This document shows, piece by piece, positions 1-15,105 of a stretch of 64,000 nucleotides of DNA. Source of the DNA: the human T2T-CHM13v2.0 reference genome, Homo sapiens; NCBI RefSeq assembly GCF_009914755.1, contig NC_060931.1. One strand, 5' to 3'. Position 1 is the first letter of the stretch, and every line of letters begins with the position of its first letter. Made by a program: the position numbers and the translations under genes. Under the pieces are notes generated by a model. It ran no database searches, was not told where the DNA came from, and saw only the letters and a program-made list of their open reading frames with translations.

Positions 1-212
1 AAAGATTAGAGCAGAAATAAATGAAATTACAATGAAGAAAATAATACAAAAATGGATGAAAGAAAAAGTTGTTTTTTTGAGAAGTTAAACCAAAGTGACA
101 AAACTTTAGCCAGAATAACTAAGAAAAAATGAGAGAAGGTCCAAATAAATAAAATCACAGATGATAAAGGAGACCTTACAACTGATAAGTGTAGAAATTG
201 AAAGGATCATTA

Positions 213-668
<456 letters not shown>

Positions 669-672
669 TCTT

Positions 673-953
673 GGCCGGGCATGGTGGCTCACACCTGTAA
701 TCCCAGCACTTTGGAACTCCAAGGCAGGTGGATCATGAGGTCAGAAGATCAAGACCATACTGACCAACATGGTGAAACCCCATCTCTACTAAAAATACAA
801 AAATTAGCTGTGTGTGGTGGTGCATGCCTGTAATCCCAGCTACTCAGGATGCTGAGGCAGGAGAATCACTTGAACCAGGGAGTCAGAGGTTGCAGTGAGC
901 CAAGATCATGCCACTGCACTCCAGCCTGGGCAACAGAGCAAGACTCCGTCTCA

Positions 954-984
<31 letters not shown>
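673..984 (+). mobile_element. Alu, full length (AluSc-like) with (CAAAA)n tail
   Basis: Dimeric Alu starting 4 bp after the previous Alu's tail. Confidence 0.95.
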
Positions 985-2656
985 TCCTCTTAGTCATGAA
1001 AAGCCAAGCACTTGATGGCTTCACAGCTGAAGTCTGTGAAACATTTTAGGAAGAAGTAATACCAATTTTACTTAAACTATTCCAAAAAGCAGAGGAGTAT
1101 GGAGTACTTTCATACTCCTTCTACAAGGCCAGTAATACCCTGATATCAAAACCAGATGAAGACACATTCAAAAAAGGAAATTATAGGCCAGTATCTCTGA
1201 TGAATATTGATGCAAAAATCCTCAACAAATACTAGCAAACTGAATATGGCAATACATTAAAAAGATCATTCATCATGACCAAGTGTGATTTATTCATGGA
1301 ATGCAAGGATGGTTCAACATATGCACATCAAACAATGTGATATATCATATGAGCAGAATGAAGGACAAAGCCCATTTGATCATTTCAATTGATTCTGAAA
1401 AGTATTTGATAAAAATCAATATTCCCCTATAATAAGAAGCCGACAACAACATTATAGAAGGAACATATCTCCTCAACATAATAAAAGTCATATATGACAG
1501 ACCACAGCTAGGATCATACTAAATGGCAAAAAACTGAAAATCTTTCCACTAAGTTCTGGAACATGACAAGGGTTCCCACATTCACTACTGTTATTCAACA
1601 TAGCACTGGAAGCCCTAGCTAGAGCAGTCAGGCAAGAGAAAGAAATAAAATGTATCCAAATTGGAAAGACAGAAGTAAAAATATTCTTGTTTGTAGATGA
1701 TATGATCTTATATTTACAAAAGCCTAAAAGCTTCACACATAAAACCCTTTTAGAACTGATAAACTAATTCAGTAAAGTTGCAGGATATAATATCAACATA
1801 TGAAAAGCAGTAGCATTTCTTTATGCTACAGCAGACAGTCTGAAAAAGAAATAACAATGTAATCCCATTTAAAATAGCCACAAATAAAAGTAAATACCTA
1901 AGAATTACTAAGAATTAAATACCAAAAATGCAAAGGTCTCTATAATAAAAACTATCAAACAATAATAAAAGAAATTGAAGAGGACATCAAAAAAAATGAA
2001 AAGATATTCAATGTTCATGGATTAGAAGAATCAATATTGTTAAAATATCTATACTACCCAAAGCAATCTACACATTCAATGAAATCCCTATAAAAATACC
2101 AATGACATTCTTCACAGAAATAAAAAATAACAATCCTTCTATGTATATGGAACAACACAAGACCCAGAATAGTCAAAGTTATCCTAAGCAAAAAATAAAA
2201 TGAGAGGAATCACTTTACCTGACTTCAAATTATACTACAGAGCTATAGGAGCCAAAACAGCATGGTACTGGCATAAAAACAGATACACAGACCAATGAAA
2301 CAGAATAGAGAACCCAGAAACAAATCCACACATTTACCTCAAATTCATTTTCAACAAATGTTCCAAGAACGTATACTGGTGGAAAGACAGTCTCTTCAAT
2401 AATGGTGCTGGGAAAACCGAATATCCATATGAAGAAAAATGAAGATATATACAAAATAGCCATATGCAAAAATCAATCCAAAATCGACCAAAGACTTAAA
2501 TCTAAGACCTCAAACTATGAAACTACCACAAGAAAACATCAGGGAATCTCTCTCACAAATTAGTCTGGTCAAAAGTTTCTTGAGCACTACCCTACAAGCA
2601 CAGGCAACCATAGCAAAAGTGAGCAAATGGGATCACATCAAGTTAAAAATCTTCTG

Positions 2657-2770
2657 GGGAGGCTGAGGCAGGAGAACGGCGTGATCCCGGGAGGTGGAGC
2701 TTGCAGTGAGCCGAGAGAAGAGGTTGTGCCACTGCACTCCAGCCTGGGTGACAAACTGAGACTCCGTCTC

Positions 2771-2798
<28 letters not shown>
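2657..2798 (+). mobile_element. 5'-truncated AluY-like right arm
   Basis: ggcgtga..cccgggaggtggagcttgcagtgagccgag; 28-nt pure poly(A); TSD aaaaa(t/c)cttctg at 2645-2656 and 2794-2805. Confidence 0.93.
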
Positions 2799-2802
<4 letters not shown>

Positions 2803-3509
2803 CTGCACAGCACTCCCATGTTTGTTGAAGCACCGTTCAAAATAGCCAAAATTTGGACGCAACCTGTGTCCATCAACAGATGAATGAATAAAGTTGTACT
2901 CATACACAATGGAGTACTATTCAGTATTGCATGTTCTCATTTATTTGTGGAATCTAAAAATCAAAACAACTGAATTCATGGAGTAAGAGAGTAGAAGGAT
3001 GGTAACCAGAGGCTGGGAAGGGAAGTGAGGCAGTGTGGGGAGAGGTGTGAGAGTGGTTATTGAGTACAAAACATAGTTACAAACAATAACGCCTAGTATT
3101 TTATAGCACAACAGAGTGACTATAGACAATAATAATTTAATTGTACATTTTAAAATAAAAAAACTATAATTGGATTGTTTGTAACACAAAGGATAAATGC
3201 TTGAGGGGATGGATATCCCATTTTCCATTACGCGATTATTAAGCATTGCATGCCTGTATCAAAACATCTCATGTACTCCATAAATATATACACCCACTAT
3301 ATATCAACAAAAATCCAAACAAAGTTTTTGAAAGATTAAAAAAATTATATCCTATTTTTCAATAAGAATTTGCATTATTTTAGTTATAATACAGGTAGAA
3401 GCCTCAGAAAACCAAATTCAACCTATTATTTCAACTAAAGAAATAATAAAGAAAAGCTATCAAATTATTTACTTTTGAAAAACAAAACTGTGTTATACAT
3501 AAAGTCTTA

Positions 3510-3839
<330 letters not shown>

Positions 3840-4964
3840 TCAGTGTGTACTCAATCAACTTGGTAGACATTAATTCGAATTTATATATAAGCTGTTACTA
3901 ATTTAGTGAACTAACTTGGTATGTTTATGGTTCAAGAAGCTCAGCTAAAGATAAAATTGATTTTAAAAATTCAGAAATCCATAAAATACACCCATATGCA
4001 CACACGCATAAACATATATAAATACTTCTTAACAACTGATAGAACAGGGATAACCAATAACTAAAACAATTACACTTGGTTAATCTCAGCCCAATTATGT
4101 TGAACCTGTGTGGCATGTTATTGATATTAGTTAACATCTTTTGGATGTTTAACTGATTACATGTATTCCTATGTCTTCAACTTAAGATTATTTTGTGAGA
4201 TGATTTTCTATCTTTGGGATTATTATTTTACGTTAGTTAAATAATAATTATTAAGATGATTGGAGCCCTTTTAGGTTGCTTGTAGTTAAGTCTAGCTTCC
4301 TTAAAGCTCTCTGTGGTTTATATATTATGTTTTCTCAAGGCCATAACAGCAAAATTTAATAGTTTAGAATTAGTAAACCAGAGGCAAGAACCTTGGTAGT
4401 AAAGTAGAAAATTAAAGGAGAGCTATCTAGTAAACGGACTGTGATAAAAGTCATAGAATCTTTACTATAGATTCTATACTATACTATACTATTCTATACT
4501 ATAGTAAATAGAATGCTGCTTACTATAACTGACAAATTACTTTTGAATTATTATTTAAATTATGCCATTCTTAAATATAGTCACATATACCTATTAAACA
4601 CCATCTGGTAGTTTGGGGGTGGGGGGGAAATAACTACCAAACTTCTTTATATTTTTTAATTAGCATTTAGTCTGAGTTATACTTATGACTTCATTTGTAT
4701 TAAATATTTATAGAGCACAGCTATTGCTGCTGGATATTTACAGCATTGGACATCATAAATTGAATTTCAAAGAGAAAGGAAAAATCTCCTGTCCTTTCTT
4801 TGATACTGATACAACATTAGCATTGCCTTATGGTGAGGGATATTAACTATTTTTCTTGTCTCAAAAATGAATCCCAAAGTCACATTTGAGTTTTTCATAT
4901 TTTTCTGTTTCCTTGGCTTTTCTAAATTCTCTTTTATAAATCCTCTCTAATAGCATTACTTAAA

Positions 4965-5230
4965 GGGCAGTGTATTATAGTGAATAAAACCACATACAAC
5001 AGGAGTCAGCTTCCTGGATTTGATTCCAACTCTACATCAATGAGCAGATAGTTAGTGACTATCTCTCTACTTTGATTTCCTTAGATGCAAATGAGAATAG
5101 TAAGTTTCCTATTAGGAATGCACACGTGCACACTCACACACTCACACACACATACAAACACACACGTGCGCGTGCACCCTGGTAGCCTTCCCTGACATAT
5201 AGTGAGCACTACATAGGCATTTGCTATTAA
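4965..5230 (+). mobile_element. MIR relic interrupted by a CA repeat
   Basis: Degenerate MIR core (gatttccttagatgcaaatgagaatagtaa) and MIR 3' end (cctgacatatagtgagcact). Confidence 0.6.
5120..5177 (+). repeat. Imperfect (CA)n microsatellite
   Basis: Seen directly. Confidence 0.85.
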
Positions 5231-8179
5231 TTCCGCCTTCTTTTATCATTCACTTATTCACATTTTCTTTTCACTATGCCTTCTTGCTAATCTGCTTAGT
5301 ATTCTAAGTTTTTACTCACAGCTTTTTGACTCCATATTTTACCCAAGTTCCTATTAGAAAAAAATATTTTTAATTCTGTTTAGCTATAAATTTTTTCCTA
5401 AAATGTAAATGTTTCCCTTCAGACTAAAACATAAGGTATTTTATAAGATCTAACATGTCTAAAATAACAAATACTAAATATTGTTAACTATCATTTATTT
5501 GTCCTTATTCTATACAACCAAAATAGCTAGACAGGAAAATGATCAATTTGTACACGTCTGTAAGGCAAATGGTTTGGCAGCCATCATTTTCTTCATTTTT
5601 GTCTAAATATTTTGTTTGTTTTAATTGTGAGAAGGGCTTTATAATTCACATTTTCTTGACTACTAGTTCTGATTACATTGCAGTAGATAAGGTAAACAAG
5701 AAAGTGTCCAGCAAATCGTTCAAAACTGTGCTCATCATATTTCCAGCCCACACATTTCCTGGTGTTTGAATGTTGTCTTCATTTTCTTGAACACAGTTTT
5801 ATATTGGAAGTAATGAACCTACTTTGTGAAATGTAAGGACATATCCTTTTTTGTTCTAAGCTTACCAGAAAGTTTATTTATATATAAATGGATAACATTT
5901 TATAACTTCTCTCTACAAATTAATGACATCAAATGGGTTATTTAAAATTTGAAGCGGGATAGCAACGATTTGTCCCATGGAAACCTATGCATGATTAATA
6001 TGAATGCAGTGAATATCAATAACATGAAGAAGAATTGGGGCTGAGGAAATATTGGGACTGTTTGGATATAATCTTTTAGTGTTGTATACTGGCTCTGAGA
6101 CACTACCAATGAGAGCAACATAATTTTCAAAAACACTTCAATTATCTTGGTGATCTTCACAGCTCACTTGAATCTATCAAAAGAGTATTTCCTTTCCCTC
6201 TTAAAAATTTGTGAGCTTGTATGCTTTTAGTTCAGTCTTCTGTTTCTGGATGCCAAGGCCTTCTCTTAGAAGGGCATATTGCTACTCTTTTGTATGTTGC
6301 TCAGATAGTCCTGTGTCTGCTTTTATTGCTCAGTAATTCAATTAATCCTAATTGTTCTCAACTTTATGATCACCCTCTCCCATGGGAAGTTTCCTATTAT
6401 AATAATATATTGGATGATTTAAATTTTTTTCATTGACTCTGTAGTAAGACCAATTTAAGGTATTTTATTGAAATGCAAATTTCATACTTTTAAAATTTTA
6501 TGTACGTGAATACATACGATTAATTGAAAGACGTAGGAAGGGGGGGAACATCAGGACAATTTACATTATCTTCTTTTCTGAACCATTTTCAACAGACAGG
6601 GCCTTCTACATATGCAAATACACTCTCATTATATTGATTTTTTTAAAACTCAAGACAAATGGAAACCGGGAAGACAAAAGTCATTAGCACAATTGTTCCA
6701 GGCACAATAAAAAATTTATTGTATTTGTTTTTAATCCTTCCTCTTTGTTACTCTCTTCTGATCCACAACCAAAAATGCAGGACAGGGTATATGGAACTCA
6801 AAATTTAGTCTCTGATAGTTCAGTTTTGTTTCTAAGGATTGGAAGATCACTTCAAAATTAAAACATTACTCTCGCCTCTACTGCTGCTGCAATAATTTCA
6901 GGGAAGATGAGAGACTGTGTGGATTCCAGACAATGAACATAATTCATAGCCTGCTCTAAAGCTCTGTAGGACACTTTCTTTTAAATGTGTAAGACATTAA
7001 CATATCAGTCATTTTAAAGACTCATAGAGAATGAAAGACTTACCAGATAGTTTTTGATGTGTGAAATTTAGGGAAATGGGAGGTGAGATATGTAGACGGC
7101 AATGGACACAAGTGTGTGTATTACCTGGTGATGTCACAGCACTATAAGGGGAGAGGAGACAAAGGATAAGAAAGGACCTATGAAGAACTTAAAAGGTCAG
7201 TAAAAGGAAAAAGAAACAAGAATATCATTATTTTTAATTGTTTGTGTAAAAAGACAAATTTGGGGACTTTTTTCTTAACGGTAACAGCTGGAGATGGTAA
7301 TGAATTCACAGACCAAGAGTAGGCCTACACTCACACAAATGGGTAGTTCTTTTATTAATGTAGGAATGTAGAAAACTTGCCAGTGTTTAAGATGTAAGTT
7401 CCCATGTGTCTCTTTCCATTTTCATTATATGCCTATTTCAGTAAATAATTGGGTAAAAAGCATGTTTTCTTAAAAAATACACTAAAATGGTTTCAGATGG
7501 TGATCATGTTTTTCCTTATTGGATATAAAATAACAGATACACACTTTAACTATTCCACAAAAATTACAGTTTCCCAAACCAAAAATAGTACACTTAATAT
7601 ATATGTGTTTTATCTTCATTGCCCCTTTTCCTTAAAATGTTTAGACTGACAGCTCTTATTAATAGGTAAGTTGATTACGGGTATCTTCTTTTCATTCAAT
7701 TGAATGGCCTACTGCAGTTTTTGAATGAAGGAGATATTCCTACATTTTTAAAATTAGAATATAGAAACTCAAGACGTGAAATTGACCATATCATGCATAG
7801 TTCACACTTGAGTTTTGGGTATATTTTTATTTTTGTATTCATTTAGCATTTGAACTGTTGTGTGGTTTATGCTTCTTGTATATAAAAATCATTTGCCCTT
7901 GTGGCCAAATGAAGTTATGCAAAAACAAAGTATTATGCAAGTAATTCTAGTCCCCACCCAAACAAAGATAAATAATTTCCCTAATTGTGAATGGGAAAAA
8001 TGACAAAATTAATTTGCATGAAGTAAAACAGTTTACAAATAGCAATTATGTTACCCTTAAAATAAATATATTTTTTTCTATATTGCAAATTTTCTTCTGG
8101 AGGACTCAGTTTAAAAAATAAAAAATCATTAAAAGAGCTTTCATAGTGTAAAGGGCAAGTGGGAATCAGAGTGGAGGCT

Positions 8180-8288
8180 TGACTATAAGCTTCATGAAGG
8201 AGAGGAGTTGATCGCTCTCATTTACTATTTTATTCCCAGTGCCCAGAGCAATGCCTAGCTGAAAGTAGTTGACAAATAATTATTAATA
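8180..8288 (+). mobile_element. L2 3'-end relic
   Basis: gactataagcttcatgaagg...cccagtgcccagagcaatgcctagc matches the L2 3' terminus pattern. Confidence 0.65.
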
Positions 8289-8305
8289 TAGCAATAACCT
8301 GTTAT

Positions 8306-8889
8306 TGATACCAGTTGGCTGGGGGAAGTCCTTGAATGTCAGGGGGACCCCACCCCAGCCAGTGTCCAGGCTCTTGTCACCATCTCGAAAATGAATTAAA
8401 GGATGGGTTGGCAAATACTGAAAGTACAGAGATTGTAAAGTGAAAAGTACACATTCAAGAAACGAGAGGGCGGGTGTACTCGAGAGAGTTGCACAGTGGA
8501 GTTTGGGGTTTCTACTTTTATGGGTTTTTTTAACCAAGGGGTGGAATATTCACGAAGGTTCCTGGAAAAAGGTAGAGGTGTCTTGGAATTGTGGTGCCAC
8601 CCATTTTTACACCAAATATGGGTGTGCCTGGAACTGTCATGGTGCTAGTGAATGTGTGATTTAATATGTTAATGAGCATATAATGACGTCCTAGATGAAA
8701 CCTAGGTCAAATCCATGCCATGTTGGGTCCAGTCAGTCTTAGCCAGCTTGGGCCATACCCTGGTTTTTCAGGGTCTCATCAGCTCCTAGCTTCTATGACT
8801 ATTTCAACAGTTTCCTTTCACTAGTTACATGAAACTGCTGCCTGGAATTTTCTATTCTCCTGCAACCAACTTATATTATTCCTATCTCA
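8306..8889 (-). mobile_element. ERV1-class (MER4-group) solo LTR
   Basis: TG...CA termini, 4-bp TSD TTAT (8302-8305 / 8890-8893), 584 bp; family not pinned down. Confidence 0.85.
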
Positions 8890-11800
8890 TTATCACTTAA
8901 ACTTATCTTATATATGCTTTGTATCTTATTGGGATTTATTTCGTGTGGGGGAAAGCAGAGATATTTCCATGTATAGGCAAAATCTATATTGAAGAGACAA
9001 AAGTTAAGCATTCCATTTAGCTGTTAAAATCATATCCAAATTATTGCATTATTGATTAAACTGTGACTTAATACCCAAAACAAATTAAATGGGGGATATG
9101 CTAGGCACAGCTTAAAATGTTAATTTTATTTGCTTATTCATATCATTGAAATCGCCTCATTAAAATATGTTTAAAAATTACATTTATATATGTTTTATCT
9201 TTAAAAGCATGAAAAAGAGGCTCAGAGTGGATCTTGTTGCTGAGCTTGTTTCAGAGAAACTTCTTTAAAGCTTCAATATAATAGAATTGTTTGTAAAAAT
9301 TTCACATATTTTTTCATATTAACAAAATAAAAATAACAAATGTAGGTTTCTTGCTAAAAATATGAAGGAAAATTCCCATTTCCCAGTTATCCTTATCTTG
9401 TTTTCCAAAAATTGTCAATCTCTTTTTTCAAAATTTTCCTACAAATATGCATGCCATCACTGAGTATAAGGTAATGATTGATGAGCACACTGAATAAAAA
9501 GCATCTTGCTTTTATAGTTCTTTCATTACATTAAGAATATTCACATTGATAAAGCATGATACTCATTACCCATTTGGTTTAGTTTTAATTTGCACAAGTC
9601 AGAGTCATTTAATTTAGACCATTAAAATTAATATTGAAAAAGTAAAAAAGCCTTTTACATTTTTGTTTCCTATTTCTCGCAAGGTAAATAATTTTTCAAT
9701 CTGATAAAATTATACTCAATTCAAAAGTATACATTTATATGAAAATAAATAGGGTTTGTGTTTCTTTAAGGTAAAATGTTCATGATTATAATCAAGATAT
9801 TTTTGCTTTACAGAATGTTGTCTAAACTCTAGATTTTTTTTTCTTAATGCAAATAGGCTATTTTCCTTCATGAGCTATGTAGATATTTTTGCTAACCCAT
9901 CTGGTTTAGAAGCCACAGCTTGAATTTTAATGAGGCAATATTATTTACTGTACTTGTTCATGCAAATTTTTCAGTGTTTGCACTGTGTTGGTAATCCTCT
10001 CTGTGAATGGGTCAAATTACCTCTGGCTTTCTTGGGAACTTGGAAATAAGTTTTGGTGCTGGATCAGACAGTGAAGTTCAGGGTTGTGAGAGCTTAGTAT
10101 TTACAAATCCAAAGTGATCCACCCTAGATTTTAAACCAGGAGTCAGATTTGTTTGCTCACTGTGTTACTTCCTGTAGGTATAGTCAGATGACCTTCCACT
10201 GAAGCTCTGTTATTTTTTTTCAGGCTCTTGGGACATCGTTACATATAAAGAAGCAGAAATATATTAACTAGCACATTTCTGAGTTTTAAAGAGTTAATTC
10301 AAACACATAATGACAACAAAACTATTGCACTGAACATTTATAATGTTATTGTGAAATGTGTTACATTAGTTGAACTCACCTCTTTGTAGGGCTATCTTGA
10401 TGATTTTGGGGTTATATTAGGTCATATTGAGATAAAATCATAGCCTGAATATTTAAGCTTTATATTTTTCCTTAAATGTAAGAGTTGGGAGAATATTTTC
10501 GAACATTTACATTGCATGCCTTGATAGTCTATCTTTTAGAAAAGGGTACTATAGTGTTTTTATATTGACGCTGTTTCCATTCAGTTAATTTTTTGTTTTG
10601 TTGGAGAGGCAAAAAGTTTGGCTTTGACTGGAGATTATTAAGAAATGAATATTTCAGATGGTTACCCACAAGCTCTCTTTTTCTTAGGTACTTCTTTTCT
10701 GCAAATGAATAACCACACAAAGTTTAAGTCATTAAAATTTCAGAGTAAATTTACAGAATGATATAGATTTTCAGAGGTCTTAATTAGAGTTCATGGAACT
10801 TTAGAAAATTGAGAAATGCCCTCTCTTGACACTTTGTCTACTGAGTTATTTGGTTTTCTGATTTAAATATGTGTTTAATTAGTTATTATTAGTATGCAAT
10901 AGCCTACAGAGAATTGAAGTGATTCTGATTGTGAGACAACTTGACACTTTTCAGGGAGAGTGAAATTAAGGGTTATTGATTTACGGGCTCTAGCCTCTTC
11001 TAAAGCGCTCACCTCCCATGATAACTCTCTGGAAATTACCAGTCTCTGGAAACACTGAGATCAGACACAGCAGAAACCACATATCCCATTCTTAGGAGTT
11101 TGCAGCTCTGTGACACACCATAGATATTTTGTCTAGTTTCCCATATGTAATCCACTTAGTCTTACGTGAATAAATGGGCAGGAAGTTAACATGAGGAGCT
11201 GAACGTAAAAGCTAGTGAGTGAACCAGTACAAAAAGTAGAGGTTTCTATCTGTACATCTTTTGGTCTCTGACAGGTGCTCTTTGCTTATAAAGGTGATGC
11301 TCCTCTGGCAACAGACCCAGAAGTGACCAGAGACTTCCAAGCCAAGGTGAAACCCATGCTTTTTTGCTAGTTAGGGGAGTGTCCTTTTACCTGCTCCCCA
11401 ATATTTGGGAAAGATATTTCAAATATGACTATTTAAGGAATAGAAACACATACTGATGAGTTAGCTGAATGAGCTCCTTGGCTCCAAATACTTAAAATCC
11501 ATTTCATAATGTAGGGTTAAGAGTCTAGAAATATTTTTCACAGAGTCCCACACTATATTTTTGAAATTGAGGCTGCTCTTTGAAGGATGCAATGTAATGG
11601 TGGCATTTTGGATTAATAATATTCCATCTCCTAGAATAGAGCTTATATATTAAACTGTTCTTGTGAGGAAAGATTACTTTGGCATTTAAATTTGCTGCTT
11701 GATTTTACCTTTTTTGAAAAAGAATAGAATTCCCTTTAGTTGTGACTTTGGATCTTCCTGCTAGGGTTTTACAAATCTGACAATAGAAGTTCTGGCTCAT

Positions 11801-13059
11801 AAGCTTAGAAGGTTTTTCAAGTTATAAGTCGAAGGATACACACAGAGATGCACATAATGAGAACTCACCCTCATGTACACTAGCGGTACAACCCCCTTTC
11901 TCCTTTCTCTGCCAAAGTCACAGAATACAAGATTCTGTTCTTAAATACTTTAAACCAAATTGTCTTTTAGGGTAGGCAGGATAAATGGGAGTCAAACAGA
12001 AGCACAACAGCCTAACAAAGTTTTGCTGAACTCAATCCACAATCCATCAGTCCGATCTTGGCTTCAAACTTTTAGGGATATAAATGTATTAGCAATGATA
12101 TTTTTCCCACAAGAAATATAACTTATACTATAAGGTAAGGAGCTTCATTTTAAATCTCTAGTCATGATCACTGGGGAAGACTTGTCAAAAACCTTTCTTT
12201 TTCTTATTAGCAACTACCAGGCAGCAGATAGTGTCAGTTTCCTCAGAGCATTTTTATAGAAGGGGTCATTTTTTTGTGGAGAAGCAAGTCACTTCACTTA
12301 GAAAGTTGTGACCGGGCCCAAAATTTCCTATGACGTGTACTTTCTCATTAAGGAAAAAGACGGCCAGGAAAAGTCTCTACTGCTCGTTAATGAAAACACA
12401 TATTAGAAAAACCTAATAAGTCAATTTTCAATCAATAGCGAATAACTGTTAATTTCTCATGTGATTATAAATATTTGTATTTGAGGCTACATAAGATTTT
12501 GTTTGATAATTTGCTTATTATTTTTCAGATTATAGGACCATAGACATGACTGTCTGATCCTTTTCCATTTAAGTATATACATTAGAGGTTAAAAGATGAG
12601 AGGCACGGCTGGAGGAGGAAGAGGCTCAAAAGACTGCAGGGGATCTTGTTAGAATGTGTCAAATATTTCACAGATATTTACTTCAAAAACATATACAGAT
12701 GGCCTATATGATCTAAAACTCTGTTTTTTAAATTAAGATTTCTTTTTCAGGAACCAATCAATTATACCATAATTCTAAATGAAGTGACTTGCTTCTCCAA
12801 ATTCAAACTCAAAATTTACCATTTAGAATCCAAATTAAATTAACCCCATTATCTTCTGGCTAAAACATCCAGCATTTTCAGCTACAAAATACATGTTGAA
12901 TGAATATATTTTCTTGTTACTTTTGGTTGACTAGAGTTCAGGGTTTTTTTTTTTTTAATCTTTAAGATACATACCTTATACTGAATTCTGATTATATGAA
13001 TATTTATACATAATATAAAACATTATAGGAAAATGTCATTTAAAATTGCTAATATGCTT

Positions 13060-13118
13060 GCTTCAGTGTTAAGCAAGTCAATCAACTCTCTTGGCCTCAG
13101 TTTCTTGTATGTAGAGCA
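13060..13118 (+). mobile_element. MIR core fragment
   Basis: gcaagtca.tcaactctcttggcctcagtttctt.t.tgta. Confidence 0.6.
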
Positions 13119-14941
13119 ATCTTCTCTGTTGAAATTATTCTCTGGAAAATCTGACATTTCTTGATGGTTTTTACCTATTCAGTCAAGAATAAAAGTCTAT
13201 TTTTTTCTCATCTTAAAAGAAAGTAAAAGAATAATCACGAGGAAAAATGTTAATAGTGATAAGAATGGAGCATGGGTTATTACTTGCCTTTAATAATTTG
13301 ACAACAGGTAAAAGCCTTTGGGTTACGGTTCCATTTTTTTCAAATTAAACCAAATTCTCAGTCACAGCCAGAAATGGAATGCTGTTGTAATTTTTTGTGG
13401 GGGCAATAGAAAACAAATTTGTGAGAGTTCAGTTAATTTCCCTGCCCCATAAATTAGGTAAAAGTTACAGTTTTATTATGTTTAGGTAAAGAGTCTCTGA
13501 GTGAATCATGTTTTCGTTTTATAAGAGACAATGTCCAAAATTGATTCAGCGTATGCTCTGCCTTACAAAACTCCCTAGGGATGCATTGTATACAAACAAT
13601 GCCTTTGAGGAAAAACTAGTTTACAAAAGGCAAAAGACTACTCCAGAAGTAGATGGCTTTCAAAGACACTGCGTCAAAGATGGTTGAGTACATAACTAGC
13701 TTTTTTGAAATATTGGAATCTATACAAGAATTTCTACAGAATTACATGTAGGGCTATTTCATTAACTTCTTGAGAGAACAAAGAAAATTCTTTGTTTTAC
13801 ACACCCCACAACTTTATTGTTATAAAATGCTACCACTAATTGGAATAAATTCTTACCTTCCCCATCGTAAGTCAGTGCTGCTCAAAATTTCTTTCTGATA
13901 ATGTGGCAAGAGTAGCCTCACTTTCATCTATTAATGTCATCTCTTGTGTGCCTGCAAAATTTGCCAGAACTGATTAGAGAAGATATTAAATGATAATTGG
14001 ACATTTAGTGCTCGTCAAACAGAAAGTGACAGATGGGGCACTAATTAAATTATAGTTTTGACATTATTTACAATGGTTTATGACTCTTCAGTGATGACCT
14101 TCATACATCTCTTCTCCATATTTTTTCCTTTGGTGGGAAGGAAGGATAGGATGTTGATTGGTAGAAACAAAAATTGTATTTTAAAAACACTGAGCAAAGC
14201 AGAGATGTTTAAAGTATGAAATTTCTAAACCTATCTATTAAGATAAAACATTGATCTGTGCTGAAATGAATAATCATGAAGCAAAAAATTCATTATGAAA
14301 CTAATGGAGTGGAGAGAAAATATCTAGGAAATCATAAAGAATACACAAAGATCAAAACACAACAAACCTATTTCTAGGAAGGCTAAATACCTTTATTTTA
14401 ATTTGAATTAAAAAATATAATTTTGATATCATAAATGAGAATGCAGTGCTTTTTGATAATGTCTTTTTGTGTGTTAATTCAAGCTTGCATTACTAGTTAC
14501 CTCTACCAGCTAAATGAAGAAGCTTGTTAAAATGGAAGGGGGAGGGGGGAATTAAAAGAAATTCTAAGCCATAGTTGCTAAACCAGAACTGCATTTTCCT
14601 TTTCAATTAAAAGAAAAAACATAGTGTTGATTACTTTCTAACTTTAGTTTCTTTAATTTTACTCCAGTGTTTAGTAGTTGTCTAAAAAAAAAAAAATTTA
14701 AAGACTTGGATGCTTAGCTTTAGATTCCCATATTGAACCCACTGTCTAGTGATTATCTATAGTTTAAATTTAACATTAAGTTGTTTTGTATAATGTCTGT
14801 TCCCTGTAATTTTCAAGGTACACTTTCTGCTGACATATATGTACTGCTTTAGTTACTATTAATAAGTTTTAAGTCTGATGACTCATTAGAACCCATTTCC
14901 TCTCCTACCCCTGCTATACAATGAGCAAATCAGGAGGGAAG

Positions 14942-15105
14942 ATGATTTGTTCTGACTGATGTAAATCAGGTATAGAAAGGATGGTAAATGAATATATAAT
15001 TTGTTTAGATTATTCTGCCTAAATGATTTGTTCTTACTGTTATAAATCAGGTATAGAAAGGATGGTAAATGAATATATAATTTGTTTAGATTATTCTTCC
15101 TAAAT
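14942..15105 (+). repeat. Tandem duplication, 2 x 81 bp
   Basis: Units start at 14942 and 15023; 4 mismatches by my count. Confidence 0.95.

Noticed and set aside
11971-12135. Possible plus-strand exon (ttttag|...AAG|gtaagg)
   Set aside because: Weak pyrimidine tract, early stop in the frame I read, and no other support; consistent with chance.
14942-15105. CRISPR-like or satellite array
   Set aside because: Only two abutting units with no spacers, in primate DNA.
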